DNA from: an archaeon
GTDB taxonomy: Archaea > B1Sed10-29 > WALL01 > WAMD01
Direction of reading: 5' to 3'
Assembly: GCA_024275655.1 (NCBI GenBank)
Contig: JAJRYR010000040.1
Coordinates: 1 to 53,177, forward strand
Length of the DNA stretch: 53,177 bases
Shown: one piece after another, positions 17,934 through 26,505 of the stretch
Position numbering within the stretch: the first letter of the stretch is position 1
Layout: the number at the start of each line of letters is the position of its first letter
Notes under the pieces: model-generated
What the model saw: only the letters and a program-made list of their open reading frames with translations
What the model was told of the DNA's origin: nothing
Database searches by the model: none
Program-made: the position numbers and the translations under genes

Positions 17934-19062
17934 GAGAACAAACGTGAGAAGAGTATCCCTGGAAAAGGCCAGGAAAGAGGCATTAAAAAAGTTGATCCAA
18001 GAAACGAGAAAATTCAAAATGCTAGAGAACACCCTGAGAAATTTGGATTATAGATTCATATACCACCTAGACCCAAAAACTGAAGAAGATGAAATAGCTG
18101 ATTTGGCCGCTACCCATTTGGAAAAGCTCCTAAGGGAAGTTGGACCTAGGGAGTATGTGAGGGGACTTTTATCACGGTACAAAGATGAGTATCCCTATGC
18201 AACGGCTGTAATGAATGAGCTATTAAAAAACATTAAAACAGAGAAGGAGGCCATAAAAATAATAAAGAATACTCTTAATGAAGAGGTTGAAGGAAGAAAG
18301 ATTGTGGACCTCCTCAAAGACAAAAGCGTGCCGCTCACTCTAAGGGCAGATGTTCTCATAAAGATATATGAAAAACTGGGTTCCACCGGCAAGTACGTGT
18401 CATTTCATGAAATGAACAAGGCATTGAAAGAACTGGGTGTGGATCTAACAACAAGGACCCTGGATGAAGATGACCCAAGCAATCCCAATTTCTGGCAAAG
18501 GAAGGAAGAATTCAAGAGGAACCCGAGCCTTCAAGAACTAGAAAGCTTGGAGCTCCTGGATACAAAAAATGAAACTCACATAAAAGATGAGATAGTGAAA
18601 TTGATGGGGTTCGTGCGATTGTATGAAGCTGGTGGGCTGGAGGAAGAAGAACTTGATGACTTGATAAACGAGTTCGTGGATTACGCGATGAATTTAGCAG
18701 AGGGGGACAGGCAAAAGGTGCTGAGGTACGTGGACAAGTTTGATGAAGAAGGATTGCTCTACCAAAAGATAACCTCCTTATTGAGAGCAAATGAGATACC
18801 AAGTAATGAGGACGTAGAGAGAGAAGTGAAGAATTTACTGGAGGAAATCAAAGCACACCCTCAAAAGCTGGCAAAGGATAAAAGGGTAGTTGAGAGATTG
18901 ATAAATAGAGCATATCTAAAGGGTTTGCACCCGGTTGAGGTAAAAAGAGTCCTAAGGAATCTTGTCAAAGACAAGAAGCTAAAAGAAAAGATCTTGGAAA
19001 AGATTGATAAAGTGTACTACGGAGAGCCCGATTATTCCGAACCACTAAAGGGCTACTTGTGA
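17917..19062 (+). CDS. Hypothetical all-alpha protein
   Basis: The ATG at 17917 is preceded by GGGAGGGA and overlaps the upstream gene by 17 nt. 381 aa, helical, charged. No domain recognised. Confidence 0.55.
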   Translation: MPKKVRRTNVRRVSLEKARKEALKKLIQETRKFKMLENTLRNLDYRFIYHLDPKTEEDEIADLAATHLEKLLREVGPREYVRGLLSRYKDEYPYATAVMNELLKNIKTEKEAIKIIKNTLNEEVEGRKIVDLLKDKSVPLTLRADVLIKIYEKLGSTGKYVSFHEMNKALKELGVDLTTRTLDEDDPSNPNFWQRKEEFKRNPSLQELESLELLDTKNETHIKDEIVKLMGFVRLYEAGGLEEEELDDLINEFVDYAMNLAEGDRQKVLRYVDKFDEEGLLYQKITSLLRANEIPSNEDVEREVKNLLEEIKAHPQKLAKDKRVVERLINRAYLKGLHPVEVKRVLRNLVKDKKLKEKILEKIDKVYYGEPDYSEPLKGYL

Positions 19063-19072
19063 GGTTAAGGAG

Positions 19073-20380
19073 ATGGATGAGAACAATGTAAAGGTCATCG
19101 TCCCTAAATCTGGAAAGTGTTCTTGGGGAAAATGCATATTTTGTGGCTACGGTAAAGAGGAACATCCAGTAAATGTGCAGGTGTTGAAAGCCTGGTTAGA
19201 TAGGCAACTCCTAGATTTCTCTGGAGACACATTAAAGGTCTACTGTTCTGGTTCCTTTCTGGACGACAACCAGTTCCCCCCAGAATTCAGGAGGTACCTG
19301 GTGGAAAAATGTAAGGAAAAGGGAATAAAGCACTTGGAGATAGAATCCAGGCCAGAGTTCATAACAGATGAAAAACTGAAGGAGTTCGAGGGTCTGGATC
19401 TAATGATAGGAATAGGCCTAGAGGTAGCAGACAACGACGCACTAAAGAGAATTGCAAAGGGTTTCACCGTAGAGGATTACATCAAAGCCGCAAACTTGAT
19501 TCATGAACACGGTTTCAAAGTAAAGACATACTTGCTGGTGAACCTCCCGATCCCAAATGCCAGGGAATTATTTCACAAGAGTGTTGAGTTTGCAAAGAAG
19601 TACTCTGACAAGATAGTAATAATGAATTTGCTACCACATGGAAGAACTCCAATGCTAGATATGTGGGCAAGAGGAGATTGGAAGCCATTGAGTAGAAAAG
19701 AGTTTGAGGGGTGGGTTAAGGATTATCTGGATGATCCGAAAATAGAGGTAGAATTTGAAACATTCAAGTTTGTCCCGAGCATTCCTCCAGAGAAAAGAGT
19801 TTATCTAAAGGGTGTTGGAAAAGAATTCGTAGATCACCCCTGGTACAACATATGGCAAGACTGGTTTGCTAGGATATACGAACCCCCAGCAGGCAGAGAT
19901 ATCGCTTTGTTCGTTCCCTGCTCATACACGAAACCATACTCCAGATCAAAGACACACAAGCTGATAGACAGGGCAATAAAAAGTAGTGGCAAGGAAAAAA
20001 GGGTGCATAAACTAGTCATATCCAGTCCGGGAGTAATCCCATTCGAGTTCAATGACCACTATCCCTTTAACGCATACGACTGGGACGAGAAGCTAGAAAC
20101 TCCAGAAATAATGAAATTCTATATAGAGAAAAATGCTGAGAGGATTGAAAACTACCTCAGAAATCACAAGAACCACTACAAATATTTTGTGGCATACTTC
20201 AGACTGGAAGCTGAGAGCTTGGAAGCCCTGAAAAGGGCTTGTGATAAGCTGGGGATAGAGCTAAAGTTAGGCTATGATCCAGAAACCTACAAGAAACTGG
20301 TGGAAGAAGGGGAAAAGAAACCTTTGTTCAGGGCGGAATTGTTAAACCAGCTGTCGGAGACTCTCAAGAATCTAGACTAG
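19073..20380 (+). CDS. Fusion of a RaSEA-like radical SAM domain (archaeosine synthase beta) with an ArcS-type catalytic domain (DUF5591-like)
   Basis: N-terminus: C16-x4-C21-x2-C24 (KCSWGKCIFCGY, nt 19118-19144), YCSGSFLDD, IESRPEFI, GIGLEVADND. C-terminus: VPCSYTKPYSRSKTH (nt 19916-19957), which matches PC-X3-KPY-X2-S-X2-H exactly. Confidence 0.65.
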   Translation: MDENNVKVIVPKSGKCSWGKCIFCGYGKEEHPVNVQVLKAWLDRQLLDFSGDTLKVYCSGSFLDDNQFPPEFRRYLVEKCKEKGIKHLEIESRPEFITDEKLKEFEGLDLMIGIGLEVADNDALKRIAKGFTVEDYIKAANLIHEHGFKVKTYLLVNLPIPNARELFHKSVEFAKKYSDKIVIMNLLPHGRTPMLDMWARGDWKPLSRKEFEGWVKDYLDDPKIEVEFETFKFVPSIPPEKRVYLKGVGKEFVDHPWYNIWQDWFARIYEPPAGRDIALFVPCSYTKPYSRSKTHKLIDRAIKSSGKEKRVHKLVISSPGVIPFEFNDHYPFNAYDWDEKLETPEIMKFYIEKNAERIENYLRNHKNHYKYFVAYFRLEAESLEALKRACDKLGIELKLGYDPETYKKLVEEGEKKPLFRAELLNQLSETLKNLD

Positions 20381-21217
20381 GCTAGCCAATGCTCTTCTCT
20401 CCTCCAATTTTCTCCAGGATTCTGTAAGTAAGAAGGAAACTGCTATCTTTGAAACATCCCAAAAGAACACTGCCAAGAATGCTGGGAACAGAGGTAGGCC
20501 GAATACTGCCAACAACACCTCTCCGAGAATCTCATTTTGACCAAATCCATAGAACACCGGTGATATCTTGGCTAGGAGGAGTATTATTGAAAACGGGAGA
20601 AAAAGATTTGCTGGGGAAATCCAGTAACCAAAGGAAAATAAGAACAACCAAACTGAGATAACATCCATCAACCAGCTAGATACATCCAGTAGTGTCAAGG
20701 AAAACGTCCTCCAACTGGCCAACCCGTGGAGGAAAGGCAACCTCTCCATGAATAAAAATAGGAATCCCAAAAGGACTATCCAGATACCTATGAAGAGTGA
20801 GGGGTTGGTTCTTCCAAATTGAACAAAAATCAAATAGAAAATAGATACAGCTGCTGCTGATAGTAAGATCAGGATCTCAAACAGTTTTGACGCTAGGAAA
20901 TACCCTGCGCCAATGGCCTTTCCTAGAGCATATCTCATGGGAGAAATAACCATTTGAAGAATGTTTGGCCCACCTACAGTAAGAACTGGCGAAGGAAGCA
21001 GATGACTGGATATCTCCAGGCTCTCCTGGGCGACAAACCTAACTAGAAGGTAACTCCTGTAACTCTTCAAAAAAGCGGAGAATCCAGCTGCCAGGAATGC
21101 AATCAATGCAAACTGCCATAGAAAACCAACACTAGCTGGAGACAATACAGCCAGAACAGTAGCCACCACCAAAAAGAATGCTGAAAGGAACAACCTCATG
21201 CCAAAATTACCTATCAT
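20372..21217 (-). CDS. Polytopic integral membrane protein (hypothetical)
   Basis: 281 aa with about 8 hydrophobic segments. No GxGD aspartyl-peptidase motif. 9-nt convergent overlap with the upstream gene. Confidence 0.6.
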   Translation of the reverse strand: MIGNFGMRLFLSAFFLVVATVLAVLSPASVGFLWQFALIAFLAAGFSAFLKSYRSYLLVRFVAQESLEISSHLLPSPVLTVGGPNILQMVISPMRYALGKAIGAGYFLASKLFEILILLSAAAVSIFYLIFVQFGRTNPSLFIGIWIVLLGFLFLFMERLPFLHGLASWRTFSLTLLDVSSWLMDVISVWLFLFSFGYWISPANLFLPFSIILLLAKISPVFYGFGQNEILGEVLLAVFGLPLFPAFLAVFFWDVSKIAVSFLLTESWRKLEERRALASLV

Positions 21218-21249
21218 GGGTTAAATTGTGAACAACCATTTATAAATCC

Positions 21250-21897
21250 TTGTCAATTAAACTAATCGGTGGTAACGTGGGGCTGCTAGATTTGTTTAAA
21301 AAGAAAAAGGAAAAGTCTATGGAAAGACTAGGGTATGGAGTTAGGATAACCAAGCCCAGACTAGAGCGGACGTACCACCACGATGTTTTGGATGCCATTA
21401 GAAACAGCACACTGATAATCCCTAAGGAGAGCAGAAAGAAGATAAATAGATTGCTACAACATCAGCACATAATGACCTTCTTTATTCCTAGGGAAGAGTT
21501 AGAGGAAGATCTGAAGGTAGATCTATTAAAGGAAGAATTTGTTAAGAAAATTGAGCAAGCCCTCAATAGAAATGTCATCGTTGAGGATCTGCATGTGGGA
21601 CTGATACTCGCTTTTAACAGCAACCCAGAAGAAAAAGTGGAAGAACTAATGAAAAAAGTGAAAACTGCCCCATTAAAGGAAATCGAGAAACAAAACTTGA
21701 TTCGGTTCTTGAATAAACCAATGAACGAGACCATGGCCAAAAAACTGGTGGAAGTGCTTAGCAGGAGCAAGGCGGTTGGGAAAACTAGAAGGAAACTATT
21801 TGGAATCCTTGCAAGTGTTAGTACTAAAGCTAAAAAGGTCAAAGAGGGTGTGAGGGGCTGGGCCGTGAGGGTGCCCAGAAAACCAAAACCGGCCTAA
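21250..21897 (+). CDS. Hypothetical basic protein (start uncertain; ATG at 21319 possible)
   Basis: Only long ORF in this interval. Lys/Arg-rich tail ...VRVPRKPKPA. No recognised domain. Confidence 0.45.
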   Translation: MSIKLIGGNVGLLDLFKKKKEKSMERLGYGVRITKPRLERTYHHDVLDAIRNSTLIIPKESRKKINRLLQHQHIMTFFIPREELEEDLKVDLLKEEFVKKIEQALNRNVIVEDLHVGLILAFNSNPEEKVEELMKKVKTAPLKEIEKQNLIRFLNKPMNETMAKKLVEVLSRSKAVGKTRRKLFGILASVSTKAKKVKEGVRGWAVRVPRKPKPA

Positions 21898-21948
21898 ACT
21901 AGAAAAATAAACTTTAAAAACCAGCTTTTTTATAACTAGTCAGCTAAT

Positions 21949-22024
<76 letters not shown>

Positions 22025-22087
22025 TTGGGGCTTTATGCCTCAACCCCAACAACTTAACATACCTCACGTACTGGGGATAACTTGGGG

Positions 22088-22420
22088 ATGACCGTGATTA
22101 ATGGGAGAAAAATAATTACACTGTGTGGATCAACCCGGTTCAAAAAAGAGTTTGAAGAAGTAAACAAAAAATTGACTCTAGAAGGCAACATCGTCATAAG
22201 CGTTGGTGTCTTCGTTCATAACGAAGAAGAAAAGGAGGAATTGCTATCAAAAAAGAAACTGCTGGACGAAATCCACTTGGATAAGATAAGGTTGGCCGAT
22301 GAGATATTCGTGATCAACAAAGATGGATACATTGGGGAGTCAACGAAGAAAGAAATCGAATTTGCAAAAAAACTCGGAAAACCCATACGGTTCTTGGAAC
22401 CTGACAAAGCACCCCTCTAG
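22088..22420 (+). CDS. Small nucleoside 2-deoxyribosyltransferase-like superfamily protein (hypothetical)
   Basis: IITLCGSTRFKKEFEE...HLDKIRLADEIFVINKDGYIGESTKKEIEFAKKLGKPI is a pattern I recall from small, often phage- or island-borne proteins. Lies between two tRNA genes. Confidence 0.45.
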   Translation: MTVINGRKIITLCGSTRFKKEFEEVNKKLTLEGNIVISVGVFVHNEEEKEELLSKKKLLDEIHLDKIRLADEIFVINKDGYIGESTKKEIEFAKKLGKPIRFLEPDKAPL

Positions 22421-22445
22421 CTCCAAATACTCTTACGACAGATGT

Positions 22446-22518
22446 GGGCCCGTAGCTCAGTTGGAAGAGTGCTCGCTTGGCGTGCGAGAGGTCCCGGGTT
22501 CGAATCCCGGCGGGTCCA
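22446..22518 (+). tRNA. tRNA-Ala (anticodon GGC)
   Basis: Acceptor GGGCCCG/CGGGTCC with the G3:U70 Ala identity pair, anticodon stem CTCGC/GCGAG with loop TTGGCGT, T arm CCGGG-TTCGAAT-CCCGG. Confidence 0.92.
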
Positions 22519-22725
22519 CTATACACAAAGGATCAACTGGAGGTGTTAACTTGGCAAGCGATGGAGAAAAGAGGAAAAAGAAAAGGCAGCAAAGGTGGAA
22601 ATGGAAGAAAAAGAAGAGAAGGAGAATGAAGAGACAGTTGAAGAGAAGAGCAGGTAAACTATAATATCTAAACCCCACGAATCTTCGTTTTGCCTATTGC
22701 CAATCATATTTACTTAATTGTACGG

Positions 22726-22810
22726 GCGGGGGTGCCGGAGCCTGGCCAAACGGGCAGGATTGAGGGTCCTGTGGCGTAGGCCTGCGCGGGTTCAAATCCC
22801 GTCCCCCGCA
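22726..22810 (+). tRNA. tRNA-Leu (anticodon GAG), class II with long variable arm
   Basis: Acceptor GCGGGGG/CCCCCGC, anticodon stem CAGGA/TCCTG with loop TTGAGGG, variable arm TGGCGTAGGCCTGC, T arm GCGGG-TTCAAAT-CCCGT. Confidence 0.9.
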
Positions 22811-22876
22811 TATGCCACTTCATGTGGCATCGGGGATGTGAATCCCCACATCGCCCGCAAGCCGGCGCAACGGCTT

Positions 22877-22897
22877 GTTTAAATCCCGTCCCCCGCA
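22877..22897 (+). repeat. Direct repeat of the tRNA-Leu 3' end (20/21 nt identical to 22790-22810)
   Basis: GTTTAAATCCCGTCCCCCGCA versus GTTCAAATCCCGTCCCCCGCA. The 66-nt spacer (22811-22876) holds three hairpins. Confidence 0.85.
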
Positions 22898-22952
22898 CTT
22901 GGCTTAGATAGCACAAAAATTTAAATATCCAGGGCCCAAAAAATAACACCGC

Positions 22953-23026
22953 GGGCCCGTAGTCTAGTTGGTTAGGACGCCACCTTGACGCGGTGGAGAT
23001 CCCCGGTTCGAATCCGGGCGGGCCCA
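22953..23026 (+). tRNA. tRNA-Val (anticodon GAC)
   Basis: Acceptor GGGCCCG/CGGGCCC, anticodon stem CCACC/GGTGG with loop TTGACGC, T arm CCCGG-TTCGAAT-CCGGG. TTTAAATA at 22920-22927 lies about 26 nt upstream. Confidence 0.92.
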
Positions 23027-23028
23027 TC

Positions 23029-23053
23029 ATAAGGGCGCCACACCCGCCCTTAT
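23029..23053 (+). other. 9-bp hairpin immediately 3' of tRNA-Val
   Basis: ATAAGGGCG (23029-23037) pairs with CGCCCTTAT (23045-23053), 7-nt loop. Possible 3' processing or termination element. Confidence 0.35.
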
Positions 23054-23114
23054 CAACCCATCCTAGCCAATCCAAGATAGAAAATTCTGAACAAATGTGT
23101 AAGAGGTGCAAAAG

Positions 23115-23270
23115 ATGGCAAAGGCAACATATCCAGAATTCGTCATGAAGAGGAGACTAGACAAGCAGATATGCATTAGCTGTAATGCTAGAAATCCCCC
23201 AAAGGCAACTAGATGTAGAAAGTGCGGATCAAAGGATCTAAGACCCAAGCACAAGGAGAAGAAGGCATGA
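23115..23270 (+). CDS. rpl40e: 50S ribosomal protein L40e
   Basis: Not in the ORF track (51 aa): [51 protein letters not shown]. It has the C-x2-C...C-x2-C zinc ribbon typical of L40e. AGAGGTG upstream. The stop overlaps the next start (ATGA). Confidence 0.85.
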   Translation: MAKATYPEFVMKRRLDKQICISCNARNPPKATRCRKCGSKDLRPKHKEKKA

Positions 23271-24157
23271 AACCCGTAGAATCCTTGCTGGATCTAATTC
23301 TCCAAACCCTCTCCTCACTAGGATTTCAAACGTTCATCCCTATTGGTAAACGAAGCGCATTCGATATAGTGGCAAAAAAAGGCGACAAGCTAATTTTGAT
23401 AAAAGTTTTGAACAACGTAGATGGATTGAAGGAGCCCCAGGCAAAGATTCTAAAGAATCTAGCGGGAGAGCTAAACGCAAGCGCAATAGTGGTTGGGTTA
23501 AAAACGAAGGCCGGTCCGCTCTTGGATGGCGTGGTTTACGAGAGGTACGGTTTGTACGTGGTCACTCCAAAAACACTGGAGGATGCATTGCTAGGGGAAC
23601 TCCCAGAGCGAAAGTACTGGAAAGGCAAACTCATATCTAGAGTTAACACAACTAGCTTATCCAACCTCATAAACGAAAAAGACATTAACGAAATTGCCAA
23701 TATCTTGGGTGTCAGCAGGGAATCCATTTACTTGTATAAAACTGGAAAGATCAACATAGAATTCTCAAAGGCAGAAAAATTGAAATCGTTGTTCAACCTG
23801 CCCCTAGAAAAGTACAACATACTGGCTCCACCAACTCCTGAAAAATTGCCCTTAAGTGGGTACTTGAAGGATTTGGAGAGGCTCGGATTCGATGTCGTTC
23901 CAGTTCACAAAAGCTTTGATGCCATAGCAAAGGAAAGGGAAAGCTTGCTAGTGGCCAAGAAAAGCTGTCAAAGAGCCCCAGACCTAGAATACCTGAAAAA
24001 GGCAGGGGAATTCCTTCACAGCCATCCAATGCTGGTGTCAAATACGAAAGAGGAATGTATTCATGGTGTGCCGGTTGTTAGAGAAAAAGAAATAAAGGGG
24101 GCAAAGTCTGCCAAGGATATACTGAAACTGGTGAAGGAAAGGAAGGAAAAAGAATAA
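23267..24157 (+). CDS. Putative HTH-type transcriptional regulator (archaeal COG1395-like: nuclease-fold domains flanking an HTH)
   Basis: Central [26 protein letters not shown]-terminal [18 protein letters not shown] and C-terminal [14 protein letters not shown] repeat the same module. The ATG at 23267 is coupled to rpl40e. Confidence 0.55.
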   Translation: MKPVESLLDLILQTLSSLGFQTFIPIGKRSAFDIVAKKGDKLILIKVLNNVDGLKEPQAKILKNLAGELNASAIVVGLKTKAGPLLDGVVYERYGLYVVTPKTLEDALLGELPERKYWKGKLISRVNTTSLSNLINEKDINEIANILGVSRESIYLYKTGKINIEFSKAEKLKSLFNLPLEKYNILAPPTPEKLPLSGYLKDLERLGFDVVPVHKSFDAIAKERESLLVAKKSCQRAPDLEYLKKAGEFLHSHPMLVSNTKEECIHGVPVVREKEIKGAKSAKDILKLVKERKEKE

Positions 24158-24182
24158 AACCAAGCAGTCCCAGAATAACTTC

Positions 24183-25349
24183 ATGGACTGGTTCGATCTG
24201 GCATCCAAGACCAGGGAGATAGTTAAGAACTGGGGAGGGAAAGTTGTTCTGATTTTTCACAACGATGCGGATGGTCTAGCCTCTGGAACCCTGGCAAAAA
24301 TCAGCTTGGAAGCCATGGGAAAGGAACCAACAATGTACTGCATAGAAAAGATGTATCCAGAGATAGTTGAAAAGATACATGGACATCATGGAAATGCGTT
24401 GTTCATTTATGCAGACATAGGATCGGGAGAGATTGAACTCTTGGAAAGGGTGAATCAAGGCAGGGTAATCATTCTAGACCACCACAAAACAAAGCCACCG
24501 ACCACTGAAAAGATCATAAATCTAGATCCAGAACTGTTTGGGATGAACGGTGGGGAGGATGCCTGCGGTGCTACTCTCACCTACTTGTTCTTTAAAGAAT
24601 ACATCCCAAGAGAACACATAGACCTGGCACTGGTCGGGATGCAGGAAATTCCCGGAGAACCAAGGGGATTGAACGAGCTGGTGGTAAAGGAATACGGAAA
24701 AGATCCAAAGAAGAAGTTGGACAGGTTTGGAAAGATCCCTAAATCCGTTTCTAGAGATCTAACCATACTTGGAAGCGTTGGTTATTATCAAGAAGGAGTA
24801 AGACTAGGGTTAGAACTGGCTGAGAATGGATACACCAAGAACATAAAAGACAAAATAAAAGAGTTTGAGGACAGGAGAAAGGCAGTAGTGAGAGAACTCT
24901 TGTACTCCCTGAAACTAAAGGAAACAAAAAATGTTCAATGGTTCGATGCGGGGGATGCATTCAAGGGCATGGGAACGAAAACTATTGGAACCTTCTGCTC
25001 ATTTCTAGTTCACAAGAACATAGCCCCAAACAAAATCCTTTTGGGGTTCATGAATGTTGAAAGGAAAATCCCAAAGCTAAATGGGGTTGAGCTTGAATTG
25101 ATTGGGAACTACTCTAAAGTGTCTGCGAGGGCTCCAGATCTAGTGAAGGCCAGAATAACTGGTGGGGAGATTCCGGGACTAGGCCAGTTGCTAGCCAAGG
25201 CCTGTTCAGATCTTGGGGGGTTTGCCGATGGACACGATTTCGCAGCAAGTGGGATAATCCCAAGAGGAAAACAAGAGGCTCTGGTTCTAGAAATAGAAAG
25301 GGAACTTGGAGGAGAAGAACAAAAGGGATTGAGTGGTTGGATCAGCTAG
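24183..25349 (+). CDS. DHH family phosphoesterase (RecJ-like)
   Basis: VLIFHNDADGLASG (motifs I/II) and VIILDHHK (DHH motif), with a DHHA1-like C-terminus GGFADGHDFAASG. Confidence 0.7.
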   Translation: MDWFDLASKTREIVKNWGGKVVLIFHNDADGLASGTLAKISLEAMGKEPTMYCIEKMYPEIVEKIHGHHGNALFIYADIGSGEIELLERVNQGRVIILDHHKTKPPTTEKIINLDPELFGMNGGEDACGATLTYLFFKEYIPREHIDLALVGMQEIPGEPRGLNELVVKEYGKDPKKKLDRFGKIPKSVSRDLTILGSVGYYQEGVRLGLELAENGYTKNIKDKIKEFEDRRKAVVRELLYSLKLKETKNVQWFDAGDAFKGMGTKTIGTFCSFLVHKNIAPNKILLGFMNVERKIPKLNGVELELIGNYSKVSARAPDLVKARITGGEIPGLGQLLAKACSDLGGFADGHDFAASGIIPRGKQEALVLEIERELGGEEQKGLSGWIS

Positions 25350-25758
25350 CGGGCTTTAACTTGCCTTCCTTTGCCAGTATTTTAACTAATCGCTCTATAT
25401 GCCTTGGATTGCTGAATACCTCTTTTTCAATTACCTTTCTAAACTCCACAGGCCACTCCTTCATAAACTCTTTCCTCACAATCTTTTTCAGATCACTTAT
25501 TCTCACAACTCCTCCATTAGGGACATAGTGAGCATTCTTCCTTGAAAGCTCCTGATGGATTTTTAGAGCTTCCTTAATGGTCAACTTTCCTGATCTAAGA
25601 TCTTTAAGCAAGTTTGCGAATGCTCTCTCCTTGAACACATCTCCCCTCTTTTTTGCCTCATCAATCTTCCTTTTAATAAGTGCGTTGAGTTCTACTACAT
25701 CTCCTCCTTTTTTTAGGGCACCCTTCTTTTTTGCAGGTCCTATTCTAACTATGGGCAT
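25342..25758 (-). CDS. Hypothetical basic protein
   Basis: 138-aa ORF downstream of ksgA on the same strand. No recognised motif. Confidence 0.5.
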   Translation of the reverse strand: MPIVRIGPAKKKGALKKGGDVVELNALIKRKIDEAKKRGDVFKERAFANLLKDLRSGKLTIKEALKIHQELSRKNAHYVPNGGVVRISDLKKIVRKEFMKEWPVEFRKVIEKEVFSNPRHIERLVKILAKEGKLKPAS

Positions 25759-25811
25759 AAAACCACCAATAGAACTTTAGCTCTCCAGTATTAAAAAACC
25801 TTTCCAAGATG

Positions 25812-26504
25812 TTACCTCTGCTCTTCAAAAGCCTCCCAGAATTCTTGCCAGCTCATTTCCCCAGGTCTCTTTCCGTTCCAGAATTTTTTCCTCCTATGGG
25901 AGAACGCATTTTTCACAAACTCCTCAAACTCCGGATTGTGTGGGTTCCTCTTTCTGAACAGAACAATCCTAGATGCAACTGGTGGCTGTGGCTGGAAAGC
26001 AGATCTAGGGACCTTCCAATCCAGTATTGGTTCAGAATAAAACTGGGCTATCACCGAGACCACCCTGTAATGGTCCTGCCCAGGTTTGGCCACGAGTTTC
26101 TGTGCAAACTCCTCCTGGCAGATTATGACTCCCAGCTCAAAATCTGTTCTCAAGAGCTTTAGAGTGATTTCCCTGGAAAGGGAATAGGGAATGTTGGAAG
26201 CGAACTTGTTAAAGTGGAATTGTGAAAGATCAACATCCAAGGCATCTCCTAGAATGAGTTCAACGCCATCCAGCTCTCTAGTCAAGATGTTGTACAAAAG
26301 TCTATCCTTTTCAATTGCAATGACCTTTGCCTTCTTCACCAGCTCCCTAGTCAAAAAACCCAACCCAGGACCTATTTCCAAAACCGTGTCTCCTGGAACC
26401 AGTTCCAGAAGTGAGGCTTCCCTCTGCAAAATCTTCTCGTCCACCAAAAAATACTGATCCAAAGCTTTATTGGGCTTGATGGGATACTTAGATATGTCCA
26501 ACAT
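25812..26504 (-). CDS. rsmA: 16S rRNA (adenine1518/1519-N6)-dimethyltransferase KsgA/Dim1
   Basis: LDQYFLVDEKIL, SAM motif VLEIGPGLGFLT, SNIPYSLS. Confidence 0.85.
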   Translation of the reverse strand: MLDISKYPIKPNKALDQYFLVDEKILQREASLLELVPGDTVLEIGPGLGFLTRELVKKAKVIAIEKDRLLYNILTRELDGVELILGDALDVDLSQFHFNKFASNIPYSLSREITLKLLRTDFELGVIICQEEFAQKLVAKPGQDHYRVVSVIAQFYSEPILDWKVPRSAFQPQPPVASRIVLFRKRNPHNPEFEEFVKNAFSHRRKKFWNGKRPGEMSWQEFWEAFEEQR

Positions 26505-26505
26505 C

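Noticed and set aside
20372-21217. Polytopic membrane protein as the missing prepilin peptidase (PibD/FlaK/EppA)
   Set aside because: No GxGD-type or paired catalytic Asp motif is visible, and it lies 12 kb from the pilus cluster on the opposite strand.
22560-22660. Short peptides inside the purine-rich tract (for example MEKRGKRKGSKGGNGRKRREGE or MEEKEEKENEETVEEKSR)
   Set aside because: They are 18-22 codons long, have no ribosome-binding site or promoter I can defend, and their composition simply reflects the A/G-only DNA. They are not reported as genes.
22726-22897. tRNA-Leu with a non-canonical 3' intron, or a split or permuted tRNA
   Set aside because: The first copy (22726-22810) already folds into a complete class II cloverleaf with a paired acceptor and T arm. 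The downstream copy lacks a 5' T-stem partner, and I could not draw a bulge-helix-bulge at the boundaries. The att-like duplication reading is kept as a finding instead.
22323-23111. Track ORFs 22323..22664(+), 22457..22678(-), 22314..22526(-) and 22710..23111(-)
   Set aside because: They run straight through the tRNA-Ala, tRNA-Leu and tRNA-Val genes or through the purine-only tract. Their translations are low-complexity (KRKKKRQQRWKWKKKKRRR) or read-through of tRNA stems. I treat them as non-coding.
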